Below, piece after piece: positions 1-9,944 of a DNA stretch of 64,000 bases (the first letter of the stretch is position 1; each line of letters opens with the position of its first letter). Below the pieces are notes generated by a model that was given only the letters and a program-made list of their open reading frames with translations, searched no databases and was not told the DNA's origin. The DNA lies in NCBI GenBank assembly GCA_016935815.1, contig JAFGQH010000079.1:2328-66327 (forward strand). Reading direction: 5' to 3'. Source of the DNA: Bacilli bacterium (GTDB taxonomy: Bacteria > Bacillota_I > Bacilli_A > Izemoplasmatales > Hujiaoplasmataceae). The position numbers and the translations under genes were made by a program.

Positions 1-402
1 ATGGGTGAAAGTAAAACTCCTTTGTCTTTGGTCAACTCCTGTGAGACCTTTGCATATCTGGACAAGATGATGTTGCCAGAGGAAGAAGAAGTCAAAGAAG
101 AAAAAGTGGAAGTCAAAGTACCTGAAGACAAAAAGAAAGGTAAATCAATTTCTTCCATCACTCCAAAACGTAGAGTGAAAATGGAACTTCGCAATATCAT
201 TGAAGAAAATTTGGAAGATGATGGCTGGGCATATTGGAGTTTGATTGCGCAATTCCTGCAAAAGAAGTTCCCAGGCTTCCATCCCCGTAACTATGGCAGC
301 AATGTCAAGCCGCTATCCTTCTTTGAAAAGATGAAGGAATTCGAAGTGAAACGAGATGGTACTATCACATATATCAGAAACAAAAACACAAAGTCATTGT
401 AA
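1..402 (+). CDS. NYN (LabA/DUF88) domain protein with C-terminal OST-HTH/LOTUS domain, 5'-truncated by the window edge
   Basis: Begins with the NYN C-terminal signature G(E)xKTPxxLxxSCxxFxYL, then a Glu/Lys linker, then DGWAxxSxIxxxLxKxxPxFxPRNYG, typical of OST-HTH. Confidence 0.75.
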   Translation: MGESKTPLSLVNSCETFAYLDKMMLPEEEEVKEEKVEVKVPEDKKKGKSISSITPKRRVKMELRNIIEENLEDDGWAYWSLIAQFLQKKFPGFHPRNYGSNVKPLSFFEKMKEFEVKRDGTITYIRNKNTKSL

Positions 403-415
403 GATGGCTTTTTTT
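391..415 (+). terminator. Weak intrinsic terminator between convergent genes
   Basis: AAGTCAT-tgtaag-ATGGCTT followed by a T run; stem contains a G-U pair. Confidence 0.4.
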
Positions 416-1472
416 ATTGGAATACTTTCTCGATATAATCGGAATTCATCAGATGAACCAAAGCTGGATAGTTGATGTGAAAACGAACAATATCACCGAC
501 AGCGTAGGTGTTTTTTCTGCTTTCTAAAATCAGATGGTCTGAACTTCCTCCAAGAACGGAAAGGTTGAGATCCATGGGTTTTAGGTTCTCCAGAATACAG
601 TCTTGTTTTCCCACTGCCAATATCAAACGAGTCATCATTCCTTTGTCAACGATGTTTGGAACTTCTCCAAAGGAATTGATGGAGATATCACCGTCAGGGT
701 AACTTGGTTTTTCTTTGCATTCAATCACTTCAGCTTCGAAGCTGAAAACGTCATGGAATAGCCCTTCGATTTCTGTGGAGTAGGAAGTCTCTTTGCCAAA
801 CAAAATCGATTCTCCCAATCGCAAATGATTGATTTCAGTAGGAATCATACTTTTGTCAAATAACGTGACTGAAGAGGAGTTTCCTCCGGATACAAGTTCC
901 AACTTGAAACCCAGTTGATTTTCGATATTGTGTTTGATTTCAATCAGGCGTTGCAATATGGTATTGGATGGAACCAAACCACCATAGCAAGTCAGGTTGG
1001 TTCCGATACCTTTGATATGGATATTGGAAAGTTTGGATACTGTTTCTACCAAATCCAAGTATTCGGATTTATAGTAAATACCTTCTCTCAGGTCGCCAAG
1101 ATCAAACATCAGAATAATATTGTGTATTCTGTTTTTCTTTTTCGCTTCCTCATTCAAAGCCTGAATGACGGATAGCTCAGATTCCAAAGATGTACTGGCA
1201 TAACGAATGACATCGCTGACTTCCGATAACATCGGAATTCTCAGCAACATTTTATCTCCCGAATATGACAGGAATTTCTTGAGATTGTGAATTCGAGAAT
1301 CACCGATACTGGTGAGTTCTGTCTGGTTGACGATCCCGAGAATTTCTTCATGTCCCGCGAATGCTTTGATGACGAAAGTGATGTTGGGAATATGGTTTTT
1401 AGAAGCCATCTTCAACATCGTATCAATATTGTGTTTTAATTTCGCTTGATGAACGATCAATCTAGGATACAT
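414..1472 (-). CDS. orr: Ornithine racemase (alanine racemase-like, PLP)
   Basis: MYPRL start, PLP lysine in VIKAFAG, GDLREG, GTNLTCYGG, SGGNSSS, LRLGE, GGSSDH; last gene of the ornithine cluster. Confidence 0.9.
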   Translation of the reverse strand: MYPRLIVHQAKLKHNIDTMLKMASKNHIPNITFVIKAFAGHEEILGIVNQTELTSIGDSRIHNLKKFLSYSGDKMLLRIPMLSEVSDVIRYASTSLESELSVIQALNEEAKKKNRIHNIILMFDLGDLREGIYYKSEYLDLVETVSKLSNIHIKGIGTNLTCYGGLVPSNTILQRLIEIKHNIENQLGFKLELVSGGNSSSVTLFDKSMIPTEINHLRLGESILFGKETSYSTEIEGLFHDVFSFEAEVIECKEKPSYPDGDISINSFGEVPNIVDKGMMTRLILAVGKQDCILENLKPMDLNLSVLGGSSDHLILESRKNTYAVGDIVRFHINYPALVHLMNSDYIEKVFQ

Positions 1473-1476
1473 TTTA

Positions 1477-2844
1477 TCACCTGATTCCTAAACTTTGTTT
1501 CAGCAATTGCAATGCAGCATTTGGATGTTTTTTGGATAACACTCCTAATGATGCCATGATATAATCGTTGTCAACCAATATCGTTGTACTGGCAGGAGGA
1601 AGTAGAAGCAGTTTGTTCTTTTCAGCCAATGCATTTCGGATGATGCTTTCTTTGTTTGGAAGTCTTGTCAGAGCTCCGCCGGTAGCGATCAAGTATTTGA
1701 CATTGGATAAATCCTTGCCTTCTGCGTAGGTTGTTTTTCCGCTTGCAGTATACATATTTACAAGTTTTCCGCAGTGACGACCCAGTGCCTGAATCATTGC
1801 TTCTTGAGCCAACCTCTCGGTTAGAGGGATTTGGTCTATATTCGGAATCGCTTGATAATGATCCATCATTGCAACCCATGCAGAATCACTCAACTTCAGT
1901 TGTTGTTTCAAACGATCAATGCCGATGATATCGATGATATTGTCTTTGTTGATGTAGACACCAAGATCGCCTTCAACGGTTCGCTTGGCAAATGGCTCAG
2001 GGGAAATCAAGATTTTTTCGATTTCTTCCTTTCCTTTTGTGACCGAGTGAACATCCGTGGTGGCTCCGCCGATATCAATCGTGACCAAATCGCCGATTTC
2101 CGATTCCAAAAGAATAGCTGCTTCCAATACTGCTCCAGGTGTCGGGATGATGGATTCATTGATAATCTCTTTCACTTTTTCCATCCCCGGTGCATGGATG
2201 ATATGTTTCTCAAAGGCATCCTGAATCAATTTTCTTGTGTCCTCGACTTCCAAGACATCGATTTTCGGATAGACATTCTTGGAGAGATATAAATAGTCCA
2301 ATTGTCCATATTGTTTGAAGATGGATTGAATCACGGTTTGATTCTGAATATTACCGGCATAAATGACGGGAATGTTTCGTCTCATTGCCGCAATTTTCTT
2401 TGCATTTTCGATTGCTGTGATACGTTCCCCATAATCGACACCGCCAGAGATCATAATAATATTCAATGGCATTTCTAGGATTTCTTTGAGTTGATACTCG
2501 TCCAACAAGCCACTGGTGACCATTTTGATATTGGCTCCGGCCCCGAGTGCGGCTTCTTTGGCGGCTTTTACGGTCATATCGTACACCAGACCGTGCACAC
2601 TCATTTTGAGTCCGCCGGCAGCGCTGCTGCTGGCAAAAGTTTCCTTGGCAATCAATTCGGAAACACCGATTTTTTGCTTAAGATCATCAATTGCTTTTTG
2701 AAGGCCGATTGTCACATCGCCTTCTAAAACGGTTGTCGGACTAAATCCACTGCCTAAAAATCTTGGATTGCTGTCCAAGTTGTCAAAGGCATTCACAACA
2801 GTTGTGGTAGATCCGATTTCCGCTACCAAAGCATCAATGTTCAT
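1477..2844 (-). CDS. oraF: GlmL/MutL-like reactivating factor for D-ornithine aminomutase
   Basis: VAEIGSTTT, SSSAAGGL, DIGGATTDVHS, RTVEGDLG, TGGAL (ASKHA ATPase-like GlmL family); directly after oraE. Confidence 0.85.
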   Translation of the reverse strand: MNIDALVAEIGSTTTVVNAFDNLDSNPRFLGSGFSPTTVLEGDVTIGLQKAIDDLKQKIGVSELIAKETFASSSAAGGLKMSVHGLVYDMTVKAAKEAALGAGANIKMVTSGLLDEYQLKEILEMPLNIIMISGGVDYGERITAIENAKKIAAMRRNIPVIYAGNIQNQTVIQSIFKQYGQLDYLYLSKNVYPKIDVLEVEDTRKLIQDAFEKHIIHAPGMEKVKEIINESIIPTPGAVLEAAILLESEIGDLVTIDIGGATTDVHSVTKGKEEIEKILISPEPFAKRTVEGDLGVYINKDNIIDIIGIDRLKQQLKLSDSAWVAMMDHYQAIPNIDQIPLTERLAQEAMIQALGRHCGKLVNMYTASGKTTYAEGKDLSNVKYLIATGGALTRLPNKESIIRNALAEKNKLLLLPPASTTILVDNDYIMASLGVLSKKHPNAALQLLKQSLGIR

Positions 2845-5038
2845 TCATTTCTTCCTTGCGTTTTACGAGGAATGAAGCGACGTGTTGTCCCTTTGTTCCT
2901 CGGCCAAAGCCGGCATCCATTCCTTGCTTTTTCGCTAATTCAGGAGTGACTTGAGTTCCTCCTGATATAATGATCAATTTATCCCTTACTCCCTTTTCGA
3001 TTGCGAGATCATGGGTTTTTTTCATGTTCTTGTAGTGTACGTCATCATGAGAGATGATCGTTGACATCAAAATGGCATCGGCATTCGCTTCAATTGCAGC
3101 ATCCACCAATTTCGAGATTGGAGCGGAAGTTCCTAAATAAATGCAATGGATACCGTATTTTTCGATTCCACCGTGTTTTATGTCGATAATTTCTCGAAGT
3201 CCAACCGAGTGTTCGTCTTCACCGACGGTTCCAGCGATGATGGTCATCGGATGTTCCTCTATATATTCGCGAATTTCTTTATCTGATAACATATCCGGCT
3301 CTTCTGGTAAAGTCAATTTGAATAGGTCGATCTCGAAATCAACTTTTCCCTTGACTTGGATTCGGGTAGCTTCTGCCGGATGCAATACTTCTTTATGGAT
3401 GACTTCCGGTTCAACCAAATTCATACGTTTGGCTATCTCAAGACTTGCGGCCACTGCATATTTGACAGATGTAGGAAGCGTCAAATCTATGACAATGGTT
3501 CCATCTGCGAGCCATTCGACTTCGGGCTTGACAATGTCACTGTTTCGATATTTCTCCGAATCATCCATGCGAATGTTGACATTGTCGGTTTCATCGAGTT
3601 CGTCGATAAAAATGATTTTGGATCGGTCTTCAAACGTAGATCCACCAATCAATTGACTTGGATTATCTTCTTTGGACAACCCATATTGCATGATATTATT
3701 GTAACCGAAGTGAGCGGTAACCGGAGCCATGTAGTCTTCGTCTCTTTCATATACTGTGTCGGCACCTACTCCTCCATTGATATTTCTTGAGATTCCGTCC
3801 CCATTGCGTTCGGGATAGATTCCTGAGTCGATGAAGAATCCATTCTCCACAGCTTTGAAATATCCGCCTGTTTCCAGCAATTCCTCAAAGAAAAGAATCG
3901 CTCTTTCTTTTAATTCTCTTACTTTTTCTGGTAAATAGCCAACTTCTTTTAGCTCCACAAGATCCAATAATCCATCCATACCGATCAAAGCTTGTTTTGC
4001 CGTGTCGCAGGCTTCGACATTATACATATGCCATGGAACGTTTCTACCTTCGTCTGGTGTGATCGTTGATTGGATATCCGCACTGGTCAGTTTTGATATC
4101 ATCATGTTGAGAACATGAGTCACTGTTGCCTCTCTTGTCGAGGATTCCATATATTTGGTATTCATTTGAGCTCTCATCTTATAATCACTGAAGAAATCTC
4201 TCAACGCTTTCGCATATGGCAGATTGATTCGTAAATCAGGTGCCGGTGTAGCGGTTGGTGGGACTGTGGAAAGAGCGATATTCTCCTTTTTGATTCCTGC
4301 TTTCACGGAGAATAAGGAATTGATTGCATGTTGCACCATCAGTTCCGGCATGACTTTCCAAGCAACCATGGCGGTTGCGTTAGCATTATGTGCTCCGTCA
4401 ATTTGCAGGATGTCCGCCCAACTCATGATTTTCTTCGATTCCGCAGCGTCGACGAAAGAGCGAACCATATTGATGTTTCGATAAAGAACGTTGTATTGTG
4501 GATCTTGATGAGCGCCATTGACGCCTTCCTCAGCGAACATGACGGCGATATCCGGTCCGGCTACTCCAGAGACATAGGAGTGATAGTTGATTGGTCTTCC
4601 AACTTCATCTTCGATGATGTCCAAAGCTTTTCTCTGTGCCCTGACTTGTTTTCTTGTGATTGGGACTCCCCCGATTCCCTGCGGAGTTCCTTCAATCAAT
4701 CCATCAAAATGAGATTGACCTGCGGTGCGGATGACCATTAGATGGTCGGCACCATGCCAAGCGGCCATACGCATCCTTCTGATATCGTCTTCGAATCGGC
4801 CGGAGGCGATCTCACTTGTAATCACTTGGATAGGTTGAGGATCAATATTATCAAAATATTTGGCTGCGGGTAGAGGGATAGATTGTTTCAACGGTTTGGA
4901 GGCATCCAAGTAGATATTATCTGCCATCTGCAGATTGGCTACCGGAATGCGCCAAGACCAACCCCGTCTTCTTGGTTCATATTTGTCAAGATCTTTTAGA
5001 ATTTCTCGGATGTCGAGTTTCTCGTTTGGCTTAATCAT
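2834..5038 (-). CDS. oraE: D-ornithine 4,5-aminomutase large subunit (AdoCbl + PLP)
   Basis: EIASGRFEDDIRRMRMAAWHGADH, TPDEGRNVPWH, B12 His-on motif EDEHSVG, PLP lysine in IIDIKHGG. Confidence 0.97.
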   Translation of the reverse strand: MIKPNEKLDIREILKDLDKYEPRRRGWSWRIPVANLQMADNIYLDASKPLKQSIPLPAAKYFDNIDPQPIQVITSEIASGRFEDDIRRMRMAAWHGADHLMVIRTAGQSHFDGLIEGTPQGIGGVPITRKQVRAQRKALDIIEDEVGRPINYHSYVSGVAGPDIAVMFAEEGVNGAHQDPQYNVLYRNINMVRSFVDAAESKKIMSWADILQIDGAHNANATAMVAWKVMPELMVQHAINSLFSVKAGIKKENIALSTVPPTATPAPDLRINLPYAKALRDFFSDYKMRAQMNTKYMESSTREATVTHVLNMMISKLTSADIQSTITPDEGRNVPWHMYNVEACDTAKQALIGMDGLLDLVELKEVGYLPEKVRELKERAILFFEELLETGGYFKAVENGFFIDSGIYPERNGDGISRNINGGVGADTVYERDEDYMAPVTAHFGYNNIMQYGLSKEDNPSQLIGGSTFEDRSKIIFIDELDETDNVNIRMDDSEKYRNSDIVKPEVEWLADGTIVIDLTLPTSVKYAVAASLEIAKRMNLVEPEVIHKEVLHPAEATRIQVKGKVDFEIDLFKLTLPEEPDMLSDKEIREYIEEHPMTIIAGTVGEDEHSVGLREIIDIKHGGIEKYGIHCIYLGTSAPISKLVDAAIEANADAILMSTIISHDDVHYKNMKKTHDLAIEKGVRDKLIIISGGTQVTPELAKKQGMDAGFGRGTKGQHVASFLVKRKEEMNEH

Positions 5039-5409
5039 TTTGTCACCTCGAAACTCTTTATGACATCTTCAAAGCCCTTCCCCTGAATCAATTCCAGTCC
5101 CGATTCGCGAATGGAAATCTGTTTGATATTTGCATAACGATAGACAACATGACCGGCACCTTTGCCGATCAGATTGTGGGCAAGAACGAGTTTGACAAGA
5201 GCAGCGGCTTCAATACTTGAGAATCCCATTCTCAACAAGACGCTGCGCTCAATTGCTGGGGAGGTATGACTATATGCCAAGTCGATAAGAGGAGAAGTTG
5301 CTTGATCTGCAAGATCCCAAAAGCGTTGTTTGAGTTGTGCGTCAGACAGGTTTTCTAAATGTTGTCTGCGTTCTTTATAATCATCTTCACGGGTTTTGTG
5401 ATTATTCAT
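5035..5409 (-). CDS. oraS: D-ornithine 4,5-aminomutase small subunit
   Basis: REDDYxxRRxHLxxLSDxQLxxRFW and HTSPAIERSVLLRMGFSSIEA; overlaps oraE start. Confidence 0.95.
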   Translation of the reverse strand: MNNHKTREDDYKERRQHLENLSDAQLKQRFWDLADQATSPLIDLAYSHTSPAIERSVLLRMGFSSIEAAALVKLVLAHNLIGKGAGHVVYRYANIKQISIRESGLELIQGKGFEDVIKSFEVTK

Positions 5410-6823
5410 GTTCTACCTCCAAATGAATGTCATATTGTTTCAGTTCATTCAATACGAACTCGATATCTGTATTGGTTTCTATGACCAAGAAATCCAGATC
5501 ATCTTGCGTTAGAGATTTGGATTTCGTCAATTGATTCTGAATGTATTTCTTGCGGATAATATCCAGGTCTAATTCTTGCGTATGGATTAGATCCACGGTT
5601 TCTGGAAAAACGATCGTTTTTCCTGGAATTTCATCCAATGGATCTCCAAAATGGATATCGATTCCGTTCTCTCTTGCGAATGCGAGTTGAGCTTGGTGAT
5701 GTTTTCCGGCACTCGTATATTCGGTTTCCTGAACAATGATGATATCGTCTTCTTTCATCTCTTGAGCCAGACTGAATGCAGCTGCCAAGGAAGTATTTCC
5801 TGCAGGTCCGCGTTCAATTCCTTCCAAAACAGCCAACGCTTCAGTAATGAAGAAGACCTCACCTTGATTCATTGTGACATAACGATCGATATATCGTAGA
5901 GGTCTGCCTGCGCTTCGAGGAACATCGCTGCGATCCGGATTGATCATGAAAGGCAACCCAAATCCGGTATGACCGGTCGTAAATGATTTTTTGTTGAAAT
6001 CGATATCGCTTGCCATATGCAATCCTTTTAGGTTGACGGAGGCACCGATGATTTGAATTTTGTGATCCGTGGTTTTCAGAATACCTCTTGCAGTTCCGGT
6101 CAGATTACCTCCGCCGGCATTGGTACAAACAACGGCGGTTGGATATTGCCCTGTTTGTTTCAAACAGTCTTCCACTAATTCCGCTCCAAGAGATTCAATT
6201 CCCATAATTCCATAAGGAGTGTATAAAGAAGCGTTGAAATAACCTGTCTCCTCTAAGAGAAGAAGAAACTTATAAAACAATTCGGGTCCTACAGACAGTT
6301 GTACAACTTCTGCACCATATGCTTCACAAGCCCTCGCCTTTTCAATGATTTCGGGTTGTCCGATACCAAAAGAGTCATAACATTCTTGCACAATGATGCA
6401 TTTTAATCCGTGTTTAGCTGCTTGGCTTGCGACCGCTGCTCCATAATTTCCACTGGTTGCGGCAATGACTCCTTTGAAGCCGAGACGCTTTGCTTGATAA
6501 CATGCCATTGAAGCGCGTCTGGCTTTGAAACTTCCGGAATCATTTAAGGCTTCATCCTTTATGAAAATACGCGCTCCAAATCCTGGTTTTGCGACACTTC
6601 TCGCCAATGCAGTAAGATTTTTGCATTCTTTCAAAGGGGTATTACCAACTCCGAAATGGTTTTGTATCTCTCTTACTTGTTGTAATGAATTGCCGCAGTC
6701 GTTCATCATCGCTTCATAATCGAAAGCGAGAGTGCCATACTCATATTTGGTATAGTCAATCCCGACGCTGTTTTTCATGATTTCGTTTTTTCTGGCCATC
6801 ACTGCTTGATAGGAGTTATTCAT
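5402..6823 (-). CDS. ortB: 2-amino-4-oxopentanoate thiolase beta subunit (PLP)
   Basis: Fold-type II PLP motifs GNTPL, SGSFKARRA, ATSGNYGAA, AGGGN, GPAGN. Start moved to ATG 6823 (MNNSY), overlapping the ortA stop. Confidence 0.93.
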   Translation of the reverse strand: MNNSYQAVMARKNEIMKNSVGIDYTKYEYGTLAFDYEAMMNDCGNSLQQVREIQNHFGVGNTPLKECKNLTALARSVAKPGFGARIFIKDEALNDSGSFKARRASMACYQAKRLGFKGVIAATSGNYGAAVASQAAKHGLKCIIVQECYDSFGIGQPEIIEKARACEAYGAEVVQLSVGPELFYKFLLLLEETGYFNASLYTPYGIMGIESLGAELVEDCLKQTGQYPTAVVCTNAGGGNLTGTARGILKTTDHKIQIIGASVNLKGLHMASDIDFNKKSFTTGHTGFGLPFMINPDRSDVPRSAGRPLRYIDRYVTMNQGEVFFITEALAVLEGIERGPAGNTSLAAAFSLAQEMKEDDIIIVQETEYTSAGKHHQAQLAFARENGIDIHFGDPLDEIPGKTIVFPETVDLIHTQELDLDIIRKKYIQNQLTKSKSLTQDDLDFLVIETNTDIEFVLNELKQYDIHLEVEHE

Positions 6824-7121
6824 CCGAATCACCGCCAAACAGTTTGGTTTTGACAATCTGATCGATTTGCAATATTTCCGGAACGAATGCTCCATAGGTA
6901 TGCATATAACTCGGATTCTCACAAACCAAAATACCAGATTCGATACGTCCGGTTAGGGTTTTGATTTTGACCGAAGATCCCACGTCAGCTGGTTCCATTA
7001 AGTGACCTTTCACCCACATCAATAAAGGAACCTTTTTGGTTTCTTCTGGTAGGTGGGTCGCTCGTTGTGATGGTTCTAGAATCGTTTTTTGGATTTGAAC
7101 CCATGCGTTTTTCTGGATCAT
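6816..7121 (-). CDS. ortA: 2-amino-4-oxopentanoate thiolase alpha subunit
   Basis: WVQI..ILxPxxRAxHLPEETKKVPLxMWVKG, TLTGR, NPSYxHxYG. Start moved to ATG 7121 behind a GAGGAG SD. Confidence 0.93.
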   Translation of the reverse strand: MIQKNAWVQIQKTILEPSQRATHLPEETKKVPLLMWVKGHLMEPADVGSSVKIKTLTGRIESGILVCENPSYMHTYGAFVPEILQIDQIVKTKLFGGDSDE

Positions 7122-7125
7122 GGCT

Positions 7126-8181
7126 TTACTCCTCATCGATACAATTTCTGACATCTCCCATTATTGCCCTTGGGACTGGTAGATCAATCATGGTTTTCAA
7201 TCCCGGTTTGGCATTGATGACATGTGGAATCATGTTGACACAAATTGCGATTGTACCGATTCCACCCTCCACTTCGGGTACATTAGAAAGATGGATAGGT
7301 GGTGTTCCTTGGATTTCGATATAGTCACCAGTATCGATCCCTTCTAATTCCGGTTCGATTTGCTGTGGATGGATCATATTGATTATTGTTTGATTGGATA
7401 AGGTTGCGTGACTTCGCATATCCACACCGGCGACATCGTTCGCTTTCGCATGACCATATTTGGATTTGCGGTCAACGGTTGTGATGATTGGCGACATGCT
7501 TTGTTCAAAGGTTTCTACATCCAACCCCAATGCTTTTGCGATCATGTGTGTGGATTCGATGAACCCGACATGACCCGAGATTTTGCCTTCGATTAATTTT
7601 TGTTTGAAGTTTTTTTGGCTTAATCCTACGCCTTGTTCCTCCATTACGGTCGGCCCGAATGGACTCAAGGAATTGATTCTTGAGATTTTCATATCGCCGA
7701 CGTCTTGCATGACTCCGGAAATACAGATGGCTAAGAGATCCATCATCATTCCAGGATTGACTCCTGTACCCAATATGGTAACACCATGTTGTTTTGCAAG
7801 GACATCCATTTTTTTAGATAATTCCGGTTCTTTTGCATGTGGAAAAGCCATCTCTTCTGCGGTACTTATGACATTACAACCGTGTTCAACGATGGTTTTG
7901 ATTTTAGGATATGCATTCTTGGTAAACGAGTCGGTAGCTAGTAGTACCAAATCCGGATGTTTGTTGTTCAATACTGTTTCTATGTCCTCTTCAATGAAAA
8001 CATCGTGATCATAAGGATTTTGGTCATTCAATAAATCGAAAATACTTTTTCCAATAAAGCCTTTATAGGTATCAACGACACCGACGATATCGAAGCCTTG
8101 TTTGTTACAAATCATTCTTGCCATTCCGGATCCCATTGCACCAAATCCCCAAATGGCTACTTTTACAGGTTTTTTATTCAT
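7126..8181 (-). CDS. ord: 2,4-diaminopentanoate dehydrogenase
   Basis: Rossmann WGFGAMGSG, STAEE, LGTGVNPG, RINSLSPFG, GHVGF, GGIGTIA. Start moved to ATG 8181 (MNKKPVKV). Confidence 0.93.
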   Translation of the reverse strand: MNKKPVKVAIWGFGAMGSGMARMICNKQGFDIVGVVDTYKGFIGKSIFDLLNDQNPYDHDVFIEEDIETVLNNKHPDLVLLATDSFTKNAYPKIKTIVEHGCNVISTAEEMAFPHAKEPELSKKMDVLAKQHGVTILGTGVNPGMMMDLLAICISGVMQDVGDMKISRINSLSPFGPTVMEEQGVGLSQKNFKQKLIEGKISGHVGFIESTHMIAKALGLDVETFEQSMSPIITTVDRKSKYGHAKANDVAGVDMRSHATLSNQTIINMIHPQQIEPELEGIDTGDYIEIQGTPPIHLSNVPEVEGGIGTIAICVNMIPHVINAKPGLKTMIDLPVPRAIMGDVRNCIDEE

Positions 8182-8233
8182 ATGTCTATTGCGACCGAGA
8201 AAAAGAGTCGCATTCCTTTCCGTGAATTGTCCT

Positions 8234-9901
8234 TTAGAATAAACCGACGATTTTACCGTCAATGACATCCATGTTCATATACGCGCCTTCTTTTGGTAAT
8301 CCAGGCATAGTCATAACATTACCCATTAAAGCAACGATGAAACCTGCTCCAACAGAAGGTTTGAATTCTCGAACCGTGACTGAAAAATCAGTAGGACGTC
8401 CTTTGATTTTTGCGTCATCTGTCAAGGACAAAGGAGTTTTGGCAACGCAGATTGCAAGTTTGTCCCAACCTAATTTTTTATAGGTTTCTATTTGTTCTTT
8501 TGCTTTGTCCGAGAAAACGACTTCATTTGCTCCGTAAATCCGTTTTGCAATATTGTTAAGTTTTTCTTCAATGGACAGATTGAGCGGATATAAGAAGGAG
8601 AAATTGTTTGTTTCTTTTTCCTTAATCGCGTTAACCACTTTTTGAGCGAGATCCAATCCACCTTCACTTCCGAGTTCAAACACTCTAGATAATGAGAATG
8701 GATGATTGTTGGTTGTTGCCCAAGTCTCCATGAAATCGACTTCCTTATCAGTATCGGTAGGAAATTTGTTTAGAGCAATGACATATGGCAAGTGAAATTC
8801 TTTCACACTTTCGATGTGTTTTTCCAAGTTCTTCACACCCAAGGCTAAGGCTTCCACATTTTCTTCTTTCAAATCGTCTTTTTCAACTTCGCCATGCAAT
8901 TTCAGTGCACGAATGGATGCGACTAACACCACGAGTTCAGGCATGGAATCCATTGCTCTCATCTTGATATCCATGAATTTTTCCATACCTAGATCGGCTC
9001 CAAAACCTGCTTCTGTAACCGTGTATTCACTGATTTTAGATGCATAATCGGTTGCCATGATGGAATTACATCCATGGGCGATATTCGCGAATGGACCGCC
9101 ATGGATCAAGACTGGATTTCCTTCCAAGGTCTGTACCAAGTTTGGTTTAAATGCGTCTTTGAGCAACATGACGACGGCGCCACCGACTTTGAGATCTTTC
9201 ACGGTGATTGGATGATCGTCGATATTATAGGCGACAACGATTCGGTCAATACGCTCTTTCAATTCATCAAGATTATTTGCAAGACAGAAAACAGCCATGA
9301 CTTCAGAAGCAACAGTGATATCGAATCCATCGAATCGAGGAACTTCTTTTTTCAAAGATATCGCAACTTGAATTTTCCGAAGAGCCCTGTCGTTCATATC
9401 CATCGCTCTTCTCCAAATTACTTTCTCAGGATTGATATTCAATTCATTGCCTTGATACAGATGATTGTCAATCACGGCACTGATCAAATTGTTTGCGGCA
9501 GATATGGCATGTATGTCTCCTGTGAAATGAAGATTGATGTCTTCCATAGGAACAACTTGAGAGTATCCTCCTCCGGTCGCGCCACCTTTGACACCCATGA
9601 CTGGGCCTAAAGAAGGCTCTCTCAAACAAATCATTGTTTGATAACCCAATTTGTTCAATGAGTCTCCAAGACCGATCGTAGTAGTGGATTTTCCTTCTCC
9701 AGCTGGAGTAGGATTAATGGCACTGACTAGGATGATTTTTCCTCGTTTGTTCTGTTTCACTTTCTCCAATGCTTCATAACTGATTTTTGCTTTGAAATTC
9801 CCATACATCTCAATCTCATCTGTTGAGAGGTTGAGTTTTTTGGCAATCTCGTTGATTTTGATCATTTTACTTTTTTGAGCAATTTCCAAATCTGATAACA
9901 T
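8234..9901 (-). CDS. fhs: Formate--tetrahydrofolate ligase
   Basis: PTPAGEGKST, LREPSLGP, KGGATGGGYSQV, NLHFTGDIHA, HGGPFANIAHG, EAGFGADLG, MTMPGLP. Confidence 0.97.
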   Translation of the reverse strand: MLSDLEIAQKSKMIKINEIAKKLNLSTDEIEMYGNFKAKISYEALEKVKQNKRGKIILVSAINPTPAGEGKSTTTIGLGDSLNKLGYQTMICLREPSLGPVMGVKGGATGGGYSQVVPMEDINLHFTGDIHAISAANNLISAVIDNHLYQGNELNINPEKVIWRRAMDMNDRALRKIQVAISLKKEVPRFDGFDITVASEVMAVFCLANNLDELKERIDRIVVAYNIDDHPITVKDLKVGGAVVMLLKDAFKPNLVQTLEGNPVLIHGGPFANIAHGCNSIMATDYASKISEYTVTEAGFGADLGMEKFMDIKMRAMDSMPELVVLVASIRALKLHGEVEKDDLKEENVEALALGVKNLEKHIESVKEFHLPYVIALNKFPTDTDKEVDFMETWATTNNHPFSLSRVFELGSEGGLDLAQKVVNAIKEKETNNFSFLYPLNLSIEEKLNNIAKRIYGANEVVFSDKAKEQIETYKKLGWDKLAICVAKTPLSLTDDAKIKGRPTDFSVTVREFKPSVGAGFIVALMGNVMTMPGLPKEGAYMNMDVIDGKIVGLF

Positions 9902-9944
9902 TCCTTCTGTTGCATAGTGATATCGCTATGCTCTCCTTTCGCAA

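Noticed and set aside
6824-6922. N-terminal extensions of ortB (and similarly ortA, ord, DUF134, panT, gmk, pheT) in the ORF track
   Set aside because: Longest-ORF artefacts overlapping upstream genes or promoters; downstream starts fit family N-termini and, in most cases, an SD or overlap coupling.
8178-8213. 11-codon minus-strand uORF (MRLFFSVAIDI) whose TGA overlaps the ord ATG
   Set aside because: Its AUG abuts the SD with zero spacing, so initiation is unlikely. Kept only as an alternative reading of the ord junction.
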